43,847 bases of DNA. It comes from Nanobdellota archaeon (GTDB lineage: Archaea; Aenigmatarchaeota; Aenigmatarchaeia; QMZP01). The translations under genes and the position numbers were made by a program. Shown here one piece after another: positions 1 through 8,663 of this stretch (position 1 is its first letter; every line of letters starts with the position of its first letter). The DNA lies in contig JAHIRU010000009.1 in NCBI GenBank assembly GCA_018818465.1, positions 1-43,847 on the forward strand. Reading direction: 5' to 3'. Under the pieces are notes generated by a model, which saw only the letters and a program-made list of their open reading frames with translations, made no database searches and had not been told where the DNA came from.

Positions 1-66
1 CCATCTTCTCTTCACCATATCTTCGGGAAGAAAATCCCGAGTACCTTTAGGGCGCTTAAACGACAT
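1..66 (-). CDS. hisS: histidyl-tRNA synthetase, first 22 codons only (gene runs off the left edge)
   Basis: Reverse complement of 1-66 reads MSFKRPKGTRDFLPEDMVKRRW. KGTRDFLPE(D/E)M is the conserved N-terminal string of class II HisRS. The ATG (66..64) lies 1 nt after the stop of the upstream LOG-like gene. Confidence 0.6.
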   Translation of the reverse strand, partial: MSFKRPKGTRDFLPEDMVKRRW

Positions 67-67
67 A

Positions 68-619
68 TTACTCTCCTTTATTATTTACACTTTCTTCTAT
101 TTGAATTGTTTTTAATGCAATATTTATTGCTTCTTCAGGTGTGTCTACTCCCAAGATTCGAGCAGTCTTTTTATCATCAATATAACCAGATTCTATGATT
201 TTGTCATACCACTCATTCAAACCTTTTAACACAATTAAAAGTTTTTTGAATCTGTATGCCATACAAAATTCTGCTAGCGTACCAGCTCCTCCAGGAATTA
301 CTATAATAGCATCAGAACTAAGCATGCCGGATGAAATAAAACTCCCTTTATCAATGTTGGTCACTATTTCCACATCAAGATATCTATTTCCAGATCCACG
401 AACATTTCCAGGAGTTCCTACAACAAGCCCATTATTTTCTTTTGCTCCTTTTGAACAAGCCTCCATTGTTCCATCAAATCCTCCTGTAATAAGAACAGCC
501 TTATTTTCTGCTATCAGTTTTCCTAACTTTTCTGCCAAATTTTCTAAAATTATTGCCTTTTTAGGACAATCGCTATATTCTGATTTTTCTGGTCCTATAA
601 CACCTATTTGTATTCTCAT
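68..619 (-). CDS. LOG / TIGR00725-like Rossmann-fold protein (SLOG superfamily)
   Basis: 183-aa ORF with ITGGFDGTMEACSKGA and VIPGGAGTLAEF (PGGxGTxxE) motifs. GGAGGT lies upstream of the ATG. ATGA start/stop overlap with the upstream gene. Confidence 0.75.
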   Translation of the reverse strand: MRIQIGVIGPEKSEYSDCPKKAIILENLAEKLGKLIAENKAVLITGGFDGTMEACSKGAKENNGLVVGTPGNVRGSGNRYLDVEIVTNIDKGSFISSGMLSSDAIIVIPGGAGTLAEFCMAYRFKKLLIVLKGLNEWYDKIIESGYIDDKKTARILGVDTPEEAINIALKTIQIEESVNNKGE

Positions 620-1332
620 TTGATACCTCCAAATTCTTTTATGAAACCTTCAGGATCATCATACAAAACATTAAACGGAGTAATATCTACTTCGTTAATA
701 GATTTCAATAAGCTGTCAATATTGTCTTTAGCATACTTTGAAACATATTTTTTGTAGCCGTTGTCTTCTCTGACTTTCTTTAGTAGCATCCTTGAAGAAA
801 ATATAGCAGGAAACCCTCTTTTATAATCAACTTTCTGAGGACAAATAACGTTTCTTATATTAGACACCGTGCTTCTTTCTTCTTGTCTGTACCCGCTTCT
901 GATATCTCCACTTATAATTAGACAAGCAGCATCACTCATAAATGAATTTGATTCTCTAATTACAAAATTTAATGTTTCACCACTAGCTATTACATCATCA
1001 ATCAAGATTCCATCAGATATGTCAATTTTTTTATCCATTTTGAAATCAACAAGATTACCTGATTTATACAATCTGTTTACGTTAATTATTTCATAATCGT
1101 TTTTTAGCCCAAGTCTAGACATAAGAGTGTATGCAATAACTCCTCCACTTCCCACAAGATAAAGTTTTTTATTTTTGGCATAGTCGTCCAAAAATAAAAA
1201 CAAGTCATCTGCTAGATCTTCACTGTCTATTATTTTCAGTCCGTTATATTTCTTGAGAGCAGATTTACATTTTCCTGGTATTTCGATACCGAAAGGTCTC
1301 GCTTCGTCTAATATGAACATTCTAGAATACAT
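616..1332 (-). CDS. type I phosphoribosyltransferase-domain protein, specificity unknown
   Basis: 238-aa ORF with the PRPP-binding loop GILIDDVIASGETL. 4-nt ATGA overlap with the LOG-like gene. Confidence 0.7.
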   Translation of the reverse strand: MYSRMFILDEARPFGIEIPGKCKSALKKYNGLKIIDSEDLADDLFLFLDDYAKNKKLYLVGSGGVIAYTLMSRLGLKNDYEIINVNRLYKSGNLVDFKMDKKIDISDGILIDDVIASGETLNFVIRESNSFMSDAACLIISGDIRSGYRQEERSTVSNIRNVICPQKVDYKRGFPAIFSSRMLLKKVREDNGYKKYVSKYAKDNIDSLLKSINEVDITPFNVLYDDPEGFIKEFGGIK

Positions 1333-1429
1333 ATCATCTCTGCTTGTGAACTAGTTCACCCTTTTCCATTTTCATCTCCTCCAAAACTGGACGACTTTGT
1401 TCTATTGTTTAAGTCGTCATCTTTTTTAG

Positions 1430-1502
1430 GGTCGGAGGCGGGATTTGAACCCACGTCAAGAGCTCCACAAGCTCCTATGCTAACCGCTACACTACACCGA
1501 CC
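1430..1502 (-). tRNA. tRNA-His (anticodon GUG) with encoded G-1
   Basis: Reverse complement GGTCGGTGTAGTGTAGCGGTTAGCATAGGAGCTTGTGGAGCTCTTGACGTGGGTTCAAATCCCGCCTCCGACC folds as a cloverleaf. D stem is GTGT/GCAT, anticodon stem GGAGC/GCTCT with loop TTGTGGA, T arm GTGGG-TTCAAAT-CCCGC. An extra 5' G pairs with C73, with one U-U mismatch in the acceptor stem. Confidence 0.9.
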
Positions 1503-1619
1503 ATACAAAAAAACAATTCCTTCTTCTAGATCAAAATCCATCAAAACTTCACCGTTCAAACCAAGCGATCGTCTTATGTCTGCAGGAATAGATATTCTGC
1601 CTTTAGAATCTATACGCAA
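1503..1619 (-). pseudogene. AbrB/SpoVT-type (VapB-like antitoxin) N-terminal domain fragment that runs straight into tRNA-His
   Basis: (TTG)RIDSKGRISIPADIRRSLGLNGEVLMDFDLEEGIVFLY matches the swapped-hairpin AbrB signature (dsKGRisIPaeiR). The frame then reads through the tRNA to a stop at 1356, so the C-terminal 48 aa of the track ORF are not credible. Confidence 0.4.
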
Positions 1620-1885
1620 TTTTCTGGTATTGGTGGAACTAAGAATTTGCCTTTTTTCATCTTTGATGAACTAAACCACCACTCATGTTAATCACTACTA
1701 TGCGTATATGTTATAACTATGCATTGTATATATAAAAAGCTTTTGTGGGACGTTAAAAATAAATTCGTTCATATTACACTTGTAGTGCGAAATCTAGAGA
1801 CTTAAATATTATTAAAATATTATTATATTTAGATTCTGAATATAAAATTTAAACCTAGAGTTTAAGAAAAGGAGGTGAAAGTTAA

Positions 1886-3757
1886 ATGAAACGAGTTCTG
1901 ACTATTTGTTTGGTTGCTCTATTGCTAGTAAGTAGTGCAATTGTTGCAATAAAAATAACAGATACGAGCGCAGACAAAACAAACATTGAAACAGCAGTAT
2001 CAGGCGCATTAATGAGATTTTTTAGTGGCGGAATGACTGGAGCAGCAGCTTTTAGTGATTCAATTGAGTGGGCAAATACAGATCCATATTTAGCAGACAT
2101 AGTTTTAGACGATGAAAATTTAGATGAACCACATCAACTTATCACATCAGGGACAATATATGTTAATTTGGGGGAGACCTATGTTTGTAATGGCCAAACA
2201 CTGTATGAGACTATAGTTGTATACACTGGCGGAAGACTTGAGATGACTGATTGTAAAATATTAAATGTGTCAACCGGTGTGGTATTCTATTCTGGCAGCA
2301 GCGGTTTCATCAGAGACAGTACCATAACCACCACAAGCAGTTATGGCGCAAATATTGACAGCTATAAAGCAGTCGATAACATAGAGATAACCAATAACAC
2401 ACTGAACGGCGGTGCATATTACGGAATTTGGATAGATGAGAGATCAGAAAACTGGAATATCAAGGACAATGAAATCCATGGACACAGCAGAGGTATAATG
2501 GCTACAAACAACTATTACGATGATGTGTCTCACACAATTGACAACAACTATATCCACGATAACACATACGGCGTAAAGCTTTATGGAATAGCTAGAGGAA
2601 GCTCACAGATACAAATTACTAACAACGAATTTGAAAACAACAACGCCTATGCCATCTACGCATACATATCATCAATACATGTAGCAGGAAACACATTCAC
2701 CACAAACGGCCATGCCTGTTTAGATTGGTGGACACACTGCAGCGCTATAGCAGATGTAGGATCAACGAGTGTTGATGGATGGTACAACGTAAAAAGATCT
2801 GTCATTGAAAAGAACATTTTTAACCAGCACACAACAGCAATCGAAGGCTATTTTGCAGATCCACTAGTTGAGAACAACCACTTTACAAGAGTTGCCGCAC
2901 CTGACGGAAGGAATGGCTGGAGCAATATGATATGGATAAGAGGTGGAACAGGATTTAAACCACCAACATATCAAGCAAAGTGGAATCTTGACTGTAATTT
3001 ATTCGAATCAGAAACAGTCGGTGAAGCCATTATCATGACCGGCGGAGGTTATGGCGAAAGTGGTTTGTGGGCAGATAACATCAAAACAATCGGATTTAGC
3101 ACAGCAGGCATAAGAACTTTCTTAGATAACCGAGTGTCTTATGTCACTGTAACAGACTGGGACATAGATGCTGCGACACCATTCAATTTCCACTTTTTAA
3201 CTAGAAACACGTATGACACAAACAACAATGGACTATGGGATGATGCGCCAGACACTGACGGTGAAGGAACATATGACTGGAATGGAAACGGCATAATCGA
3301 CGGAGGACAAACAGTAAATGCATTAACTGGCTGTGAGTTGCCTGGTTTCAAGAAGACCATACCAGCTACAATCGACATTGACCCAGACACACTGAACCTG
3401 AAGAGCAATGGTAAATGGATTACCGCTTACACAGAACTGCCATTGGGTTTTGATGTAAGTGAAATCATTATACCTACAATTGAGTTGTTTGCAGACAAGA
3501 GAGAAAACGGAACCAGCTGCACCTTGTACGTGGACCCAGACGCACCATCAAATGTTGGCGATTACGACTCAGACGAAATACCTGATCTGATGGTAAAGTT
3601 CGACAGACAAGAATTAATAGCTTGCTTGGATGAAATGGACTTTGATGGGGAAACAGGAATAGACGAGATAATTGAATTGGTAGTAACAGGTGATCTTACA
3701 TCTGGAATTGAATTTGAAGGCAGCGATTGGATTAGAGTGATAAAAAAAGGCAATTAG
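1886..3757 (+). CDS. secreted right-handed parallel beta-helix (PbH1/NosD-like) protein with acidic Ca-binding-like stretch and Ig-like C-terminal domain
   Basis: AAGGAGGTG SD 8 nt upstream. N-terminal signal/anchor LTICLVALLLVSSAIVAI. Repeated xNNxIxxNxxyGIxL turns (ITNNTLNGGAYYGIWI, IKDNEIHGHSRGIMA, NNYIHDNTYGVKLY, ITNNEFENNNAYAIYA). DTNNNGLWDDAPDTDGEGTYDWNGNGIIDG. C-terminal LNLKSNGKWITAY...DLMVKFDR...TGDLTSGIEFEGSDWIRV. Confidence 0.8.
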   Translation: MKRVLTICLVALLLVSSAIVAIKITDTSADKTNIETAVSGALMRFFSGGMTGAAAFSDSIEWANTDPYLADIVLDDENLDEPHQLITSGTIYVNLGETYVCNGQTLYETIVVYTGGRLEMTDCKILNVSTGVVFYSGSSGFIRDSTITTTSSYGANIDSYKAVDNIEITNNTLNGGAYYGIWIDERSENWNIKDNEIHGHSRGIMATNNYYDDVSHTIDNNYIHDNTYGVKLYGIARGSSQIQITNNEFENNNAYAIYAYISSIHVAGNTFTTNGHACLDWWTHCSAIADVGSTSVDGWYNVKRSVIEKNIFNQHTTAIEGYFADPLVENNHFTRVAAPDGRNGWSNMIWIRGGTGFKPPTYQAKWNLDCNLFESETVGEAIIMTGGGYGESGLWADNIKTIGFSTAGIRTFLDNRVSYVTVTDWDIDAATPFNFHFLTRNTYDTNNNGLWDDAPDTDGEGTYDWNGNGIIDGGQTVNALTGCELPGFKKTIPATIDIDPDTLNLKSNGKWITAYTELPLGFDVSEIIIPTIELFADKRENGTSCTLYVDPDAPSNVGDYDSDEIPDLMVKFDRQELIACLDEMDFDGETGIDEIIELVVTGDLTSGIEFEGSDWIRVIKKGN

Positions 3758-3765
3758 TAATAATT

Positions 3766-3800
3766 AAGCTGGATTAAACTCCAGCTTCTTTTTTATTTTT
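3766..3800 (+). terminator. hairpin plus T-tract between convergent genes
   Basis: AAGCTGGA (3766-3773) / TCCAGCTT (3780-3787) form a perfect 8-bp stem with a 6-nt loop, followed by CTTTTTTATTTTT. Confidence 0.65.
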
Positions 3801-3811
3801 CGGACAGTATA

Positions 3812-4258
3812 CTATAAAGACTTTAAAGGCTCTGATAAATCCCCCAAAGGATCGTATTTCTCTTCAAATAACTCGGGTATCTCTTTTTCCAGCTCATCTA
3901 ATTTATCTTCGTTTGAGGTCATACGATATCCTCTTTTAATGTTTTTATGTATTATTGATCCTTCATCTGTCTCAAATCTCAAAAACATTATTTCATTTTC
4001 AAGAACAATTTCCTTTTCTACATAAGGAGCAAATAGATTTGGGATATCTTGACCTTGTATAGAACCATATTTTGGTGAACCGCCTTTTTCGTAGTATTCG
4101 AATGTATCTAGTTCAAAAATATAATGTGATAAATTTTTTGCAATGAAATTAGAAGATAAATAACCATCTGGTATACACGAAATTCTTTCTGTTAATATCA
4201 TAAGTGTTTTAAGAGCATCCCTTGTAGCATAACCTCGACTTCCAATATCGTTTTTCAT
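3812..4258 (-). CDS. hypothetical protein
   Basis: Long ORF. The track start at 4288 is TTG; the first ATG (MKNDIGS...) is at 4258. No recognisable motif. Confidence 0.55.
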   Translation of the reverse strand: MKNDIGSRGYATRDALKTLMILTERISCIPDGYLSSNFIAKNLSHYIFELDTFEYYEKGGSPKYGSIQGQDIPNLFAPYVEKEIVLENEIMFLRFETDEGSIIHKNIKRGYRMTSNEDKLDELEKEIPELFEEKYDPLGDLSEPLKSL

Positions 4259-4314
4259 ATAAATCAATTTAAGTTTGTTGAAAAACAATAAAAGCTTGTG
4301 GGATGAGAATAAGC

Positions 4315-4830
4315 TTATTTGCTTCCTTCTTTCTCCTCATCGTCTCCGCCATGTTCTCTTACCATATCTTCATAATCCTTTTTGCCCTTTTCGACAATTC
4401 CTTTTACATCTTCTCCGAGGAATTTGAGAAGAGTTCTATCCCCTGAAAAATAAAAATCATCCATTTCATGAAGAGATTGTTTATAAGAAAATGTATGCTG
4501 TGCCGCATATTCAGTAGGTTCTACAGGATCAAATCCAAATTTTTTCATTTCTTCAACTATTTTTGGAAAAAAATCATAACCCATTATTTTATTTATATTG
4601 CCCTGACTTGCTTCTGTTATACTACAAATTTCTATTTCACCCCCAAGCAATATGTTTTTGTAAGCTGTATAACAATATTGTTTGAACTCTTCTGGTGATA
4701 TTTTTTTGGGGAAGTAGAAATCAAAGCCGTCACCGGTTCCATCAGGTGACATGTATCCTATAGAATATCTAAATTTCTCTTTTTCTTTACATCTTGGACA
4801 TACGTTCTCATCTCTTTTCATATTATTCAT
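4315..4830 (-). CDS. hypothetical protein with N-terminal CxxC and acidic tail
   Basis: 171-aa ORF with typical K/E/I-rich composition and no recognisable family. Confidence 0.55.
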   Translation of the reverse strand: MNNMKRDENVCPRCKEKEKFRYSIGYMSPDGTGDGFDFYFPKKISPEEFKQYCYTAYKNILLGGEIEICSITEASQGNINKIMGYDFFPKIVEEMKKFGFDPVEPTEYAAQHTFSYKQSLHEMDDFYFSGDRTLLKFLGEDVKGIVEKGKKDYEDMVREHGGDDEEKEGSK

Positions 4831-4923
4831 ACTATCAGTTTAGAATAAGAAGGAAGGTTTTTAAGGTTTTATGGGACGTTTAAAGATTTATATACCAAAT
4901 ACAATATTTATTTGTGAATATTT

Positions 4924-5130
4924 ATGAGCGAATTAAAAACAGAAGGCAGGCATGAAGCAGCTTGGATAACCATATCCACTGATGAGTATGAAACAATGAA
5001 GGCAACAATTGAAGCTTTTTCAGATCCTGAAGTTATGGAACAGTTAGTGAAGAGTGAGGAAGACATAAAGGCTGGCAGAACCAAGAGGTGGAATGAGTTT
5101 GTGAAGGAATTTAAGAAGGAAAAGCGCTGA
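4924..5130 (+). CDS. Phd/YefM-like antitoxin, short (C-terminal half well conserved)
   Basis: ISTDEYETMKATIEAFSDPEVMEQLVKSEEDIKAGR matches the Phd/YefM-type pattern (is.eeyesl.etleilsdpelme.l..seedikaGr). Only about 15 aa precede it. Confidence 0.6.
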   Translation: MSELKTEGRHEAAWITISTDEYETMKATIEAFSDPEVMEQLVKSEEDIKAGRTKRWNEFVKEFKKEKR

Positions 5131-5149
5131 TTCTTGTTATATTTTCAAT

Positions 5150-5407
5150 TTACATTTCATCTTTATGTTTAAAACCAACTATTTCCACTAATTTTTGATC
5201 ATCATTTATTTTGTACCAGACTCTCCATCTTTTCTCAAATCTTATTTCCCATATACCTATGAGCGGTCTTTTCAAGGGCTTGCCATAAATTTTCGGTTCA
5301 TCCTCTAATTTCTTTATTCTTTTGTCCAGTCTTTCTATTAGAAACGGTTCCAATTTTTTGAATATTTCTTTCTGAGCAGTTTCTGTGATATCAATCCTAT
5401 AAACCAT
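5150..5407 (-). CDS. RelE/ParE-family toxin
   Basis: 85 aa: YRIDITETAQKEIFKKL...IKKLEDEPKIYGKPLKRPLIGIWEIRFEKRWRVWYKIND..KLVEIVGFKHKDE, the typical RelE/ParE layout. Confidence 0.75.
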   Translation of the reverse strand: MVYRIDITETAQKEIFKKLEPFLIERLDKRIKKLEDEPKIYGKPLKRPLIGIWEIRFEKRWRVWYKINDDQKLVEIVGFKHKDEM

Positions 5408-5458
5408 AAAAATATTTGTATAGAATTAATATAAATCATCCAAAAAGCTTTTACTATA

Positions 5459-5698
5459 TTAAGCTCCTGTCTTTTCCTTCTCACCCAACAACTTTGCTAG
5501 TATTATTGTAACAATCACCACTATAATAGTCACTACAAATGCTGCGATTGTTAGACCTAGAGGACCTTCAGCACTTCCATAAAGAGGCTTCAGCCATTCT
5601 GATATTGCATCCTTCCAAACAAGAGCTGCAACAAATCCAAAAGCCGCCACCATCAGAGTTAGCGTCTGTTTTTTAATCTCTTCTATGAGTTTAACCAT
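5459..5698 (-). CDS. small two-TM membrane protein
   Basis: 79 aa with two hydrophobic helices (LTLMVAAFGFVAALVW; LGLTIAAFVVTIIVVIVTIILA). GGAGG lies upstream. Confidence 0.6.
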   Translation of the reverse strand: MVKLIEEIKKQTLTLMVAAFGFVAALVWKDAISEWLKPLYGSAEGPLGLTIAAFVVTIIVVIVTIILAKLLGEKEKTGA

Positions 5699-5776
5699 AA
5701 TAAAACCTCCGTTGTTAAGAATTGTTTTTGCAGTTAAAAAACATCTATTTAAAAAATTTAGTGTTTAAGTAGTGTT

Positions 5777-7243
5777 ATGCCATCACAAATACCACAAGAA
5801 GAAATTGATTCTATTTACGATACAATAAAGTCTGTTAAAGGGTATTCACTAAATGAGGCAACAAGATATCTTGAAAAAGATCCTATTGGATATCTATCAT
5901 CAGAAGCTATACATAGTTATGTTCTTTATTATCTCACTGAATATGCAACTACTTTAGGAGAGTTGGGAGAAATACCTTTATCTGTTGCAGAAGAAATTCA
6001 AGGAATTACAAGAAAGGATGTTCCCTTTAAAGCTGCAGATGATTATGAGGCAAAAATAGGCCATGATATGAGAGGCGTTGTAAAAGCTTTTCAAGATGTT
6101 CTTGGAAATGAAGCTAAATCTTTTGTTTATCCCGGATTTACAACCTATGATCCATTAAACACAGCGCAAAGTCTTGCTCTTCGTGATTTTGGTAGAGAAT
6201 TGATTATACCTAAAACAAAAGAATATGTTTACAATTTAATGGAAAAGGTAGAAGATCATATAGATACAGTTATGATGGGAAGGACTCATAAACAACATGC
6301 TACTGTCACAACAGTTGCTCATTGGGCATATGAAATCATTGGTGGAATAATACCTGCACTCAGGAATTATGATCATGCAATAAGTGAACTTAGAGGTAAA
6401 GCATCAGGTTTCGTTGGAAACAACGCAGCAAGAAAATTACTTTTTGATACTGATCCTGAAAAAATAGATAAATTATTTTTTGAAAAAATTGGGTTAGAAA
6501 GAGACGATATGACAGGTCAAACAGTACATCACTATTATTATCAGAATTATTTGCAGCAATTGAGTGGAATATGTGCCGGTATTGCAAAATTCGCTGAAGA
6601 TCTTAGAAACTACCAACAAACAGAAGTTGGAGAGATGGCAGAAAAAGCACTATCAAACCAAGTTGGTTCTTCCACAGGTGCGCACAAACTTAATCCAATA
6701 AAATCTGAACAAATGGCTGGTATGAGAATAAGACAAATGAAAGCATATCTTTTCGCCGCTTTTGATGATTATATTACAGATTTTCAGAGAGATCTTAGAG
6801 ATTCTGCTAATAAAAGAATTTGTTTCCATGGCATGGGAAACATGGCTTATGGTACAATAAAAATAGCTAGTAGAGTTGCAAAAAACATGACAATAAGAAA
6901 AGAAAAAATGCTTCAAAACATTGGTTTGACTGGTGGCCTCATAATAGCAGAACCGTTACAAAATGCTTTACAGAGGTATATAGGTTTTAATTCTGAAAAA
7001 TATGGTTTTATAGATGCTCATGAACATGTAAGAGAAATTTCAAGAAGTATCATAGACAGTGGTGAAGGATCTTTCCTAGATGCTATAAGAGAAGACGAAT
7101 TAATTACTAAGTGTTTAAATAGTTTAGATGATGAAAAACGTGAATTAATTCTTGTGCCTGAAAAATATATCGGTGATAGTATAGAAGCTGTTGAACGTAA
7201 AAAACAGGAGTGGACTGAGGAATTAGAAAAACTAACTGCTTAA
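5777..7243 (+). CDS. fumarate-lyase superfamily protein, adenylosuccinate-lyase-like but with divergent signatures
   Basis: Three family blocks are recognisable: PGFTTYDPLNTA (cf. G.TS.D..DT), GRTHKQHATVTT (cf. GRTHGQ.A.P.T), GSSTGAHKLNP (cf. GSSAMPHKRNP). Confidence 0.65.
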   Translation: MPSQIPQEEIDSIYDTIKSVKGYSLNEATRYLEKDPIGYLSSEAIHSYVLYYLTEYATTLGELGEIPLSVAEEIQGITRKDVPFKAADDYEAKIGHDMRGVVKAFQDVLGNEAKSFVYPGFTTYDPLNTAQSLALRDFGRELIIPKTKEYVYNLMEKVEDHIDTVMMGRTHKQHATVTTVAHWAYEIIGGIIPALRNYDHAISELRGKASGFVGNNAARKLLFDTDPEKIDKLFFEKIGLERDDMTGQTVHHYYYQNYLQQLSGICAGIAKFAEDLRNYQQTEVGEMAEKALSNQVGSSTGAHKLNPIKSEQMAGMRIRQMKAYLFAAFDDYITDFQRDLRDSANKRICFHGMGNMAYGTIKIASRVAKNMTIRKEKMLQNIGLTGGLIIAEPLQNALQRYIGFNSEKYGFIDAHEHVREISRSIIDSGEGSFLDAIREDELITKCLNSLDDEKRELILVPEKYIGDSIEAVERKKQEWTEELEKLTA

Positions 7244-7278
7244 TCCCAAATAAATACCATCTAAAACAATAACTATAT

Positions 7279-7836
7279 ATGAAGAACCTTTTTGACAGCG
7301 ACTTCAGCCAGACTCTTTATTGGCAGGTTATAGCCATCATAGGTGGGCTTTTTGCTGGAAGCTTGCTGGCTATATATACCAACCAAATATTATTGATTCC
7401 TGGCATCTTTATTATACTTCCTGGTTTTTTAGACATGCGTGGGAACATAGGCGGTTCGCTGACATCCAGATTAAGCTCTGGACTTCTTGTAGGAGTCATA
7501 AGTCCTAGAAAAATGTGGAAAAGCCGGATTGTGAGAGGAAATACGCTGGCTTCTTTTTTTTCGGCTGTAATAATATCCCTCATATTGGGATTAACAGCTT
7601 TTTTTGTCAACTATGTCATCTTTGGTGTAGTTTTTTTCAATATAATTTTTATAGCATTATTTGCTGTTATAATTGCAAACGTAATAGAAATACCTTTAGC
7701 TATATTTCTGACTTTTCATTTTTTCAAAAAGGGGGTTAATCCAGACAATGTAATGGGGCCTATTGTTGCAATGACAGGAGATGTTGTCAGCATCTTCTCT
7801 CTGCTGATATCAATATTGATTTTGACGATAATATGA
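7279..7836 (+). CDS. MgtE-type divalent-cation transporter membrane domain protein (half-size)
   Basis: 185 aa, polytopic, with PGFLDMRGNIGGSLTSRLSSGL (MgtE TM-domain motif P...d..GN.G.q...r). Confidence 0.7.
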   Translation: MKNLFDSDFSQTLYWQVIAIIGGLFAGSLLAIYTNQILLIPGIFIILPGFLDMRGNIGGSLTSRLSSGLLVGVISPRKMWKSRIVRGNTLASFFSAVIISLILGLTAFFVNYVIFGVVFFNIIFIALFAVIIANVIEIPLAIFLTFHFFKKGVNPDNVMGPIVAMTGDVVSIFSLLISILILTII

Positions 7837-8663
7837 GCAAAAAAAATCAGGCTAAGAGTAGTTCTGTAAAAAAAGTTACTGTAAAGAATATAACCAAAAC
7901 CGCAAATAATAGACCACATACATACATGGAAAACATACCAAAAACGTTTGTAGAATTGCAAAAAAAAGAGAAAGAACTTAAAAAAATGAACATAACCAAA
8001 AAACAAATGAAAAAAGAAGAAGACAAAATGGCTTACGGAATTCATCATAAATATCTTTCACTGAAACGAAAGCCATTCTACACGAAAGAATATGACAATC
8101 CTAAAACAAATGTCTCAAGAGTTATAATAAACGAGAGCTTAAAGATACTGATTCTTGTTGCGCTTATCGGATCCTTTGGTGGAATATTTTTGGAAAGTAT
8201 AAAGGGAAACTTCATTTCAATACTGCCTTTGATAATAATATTGCCCAGTCTTAATGGCATGATTGGCAATCACAGCGCAGTCTTTTCTTCCAGGTTTTCT
8301 ACAATGCTTCACAAAGGCATATTGATGCATAAATGGTGGTCTGATCCAAGAGTAAAAAAACTTATCCTACAGATATTCATATTGTCTTTAGTGAGCGCTA
8401 CTATAATATCATTCTCTTCACTTCTAATATCTGCTTTAATGGGCTTCGCCTTGAATTCAAGCATTGTAATAAAAATATTCACAATTTGCATAATAGACAC
8501 TGTTATAATTATTTTAATAGTATCACTTATATCGATTATAATCGGCATAAAAGTGCATAAAAAACACGAAGATCCAGACAATTTCCTGATACCAATAACA
8601 ACTACAGTAGCTGATTTCAGCAACATTATGATACTGTTCTTGCTGATATTGTTGCTGTTCTAA
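7833..8663 (+). CDS. second MgtE-type membrane domain protein with about 65-aa Lys-rich N-terminal extension
   Basis: ATGA overlap with the previous gene. LPSLNGMIGNHSAVFSSRFSTML motif. A later in-frame ATG could be the real start. Confidence 0.65.
   Translation: MSKKNQAKSSSVKKVTVKNITKTANNRPHTYMENIPKTFVELQKKEKELKKMNITKKQMKKEEDKMAYGIHHKYLSLKRKPFYTKEYDNPKTNVSRVIINESLKILILVALIGSFGGIFLESIKGNFISILPLIIILPSLNGMIGNHSAVFSSRFSTMLHKGILMHKWWSDPRVKKLILQIFILSLVSATIISFSSLLISALMGFALNSSIVIKIFTICIIDTVIIILIVSLISIIIGIKVHKKHEDPDNFLIPITTTVADFSNIMILFLLILLLF

Noticed and set aside
1356-1502. C-terminal 48 aa of the 87-aa track ORF
   Set aside because: This part is simply tRNA-His plus its 3' flank read in frame. 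Only the N-terminal AbrB-like part has protein-like features.
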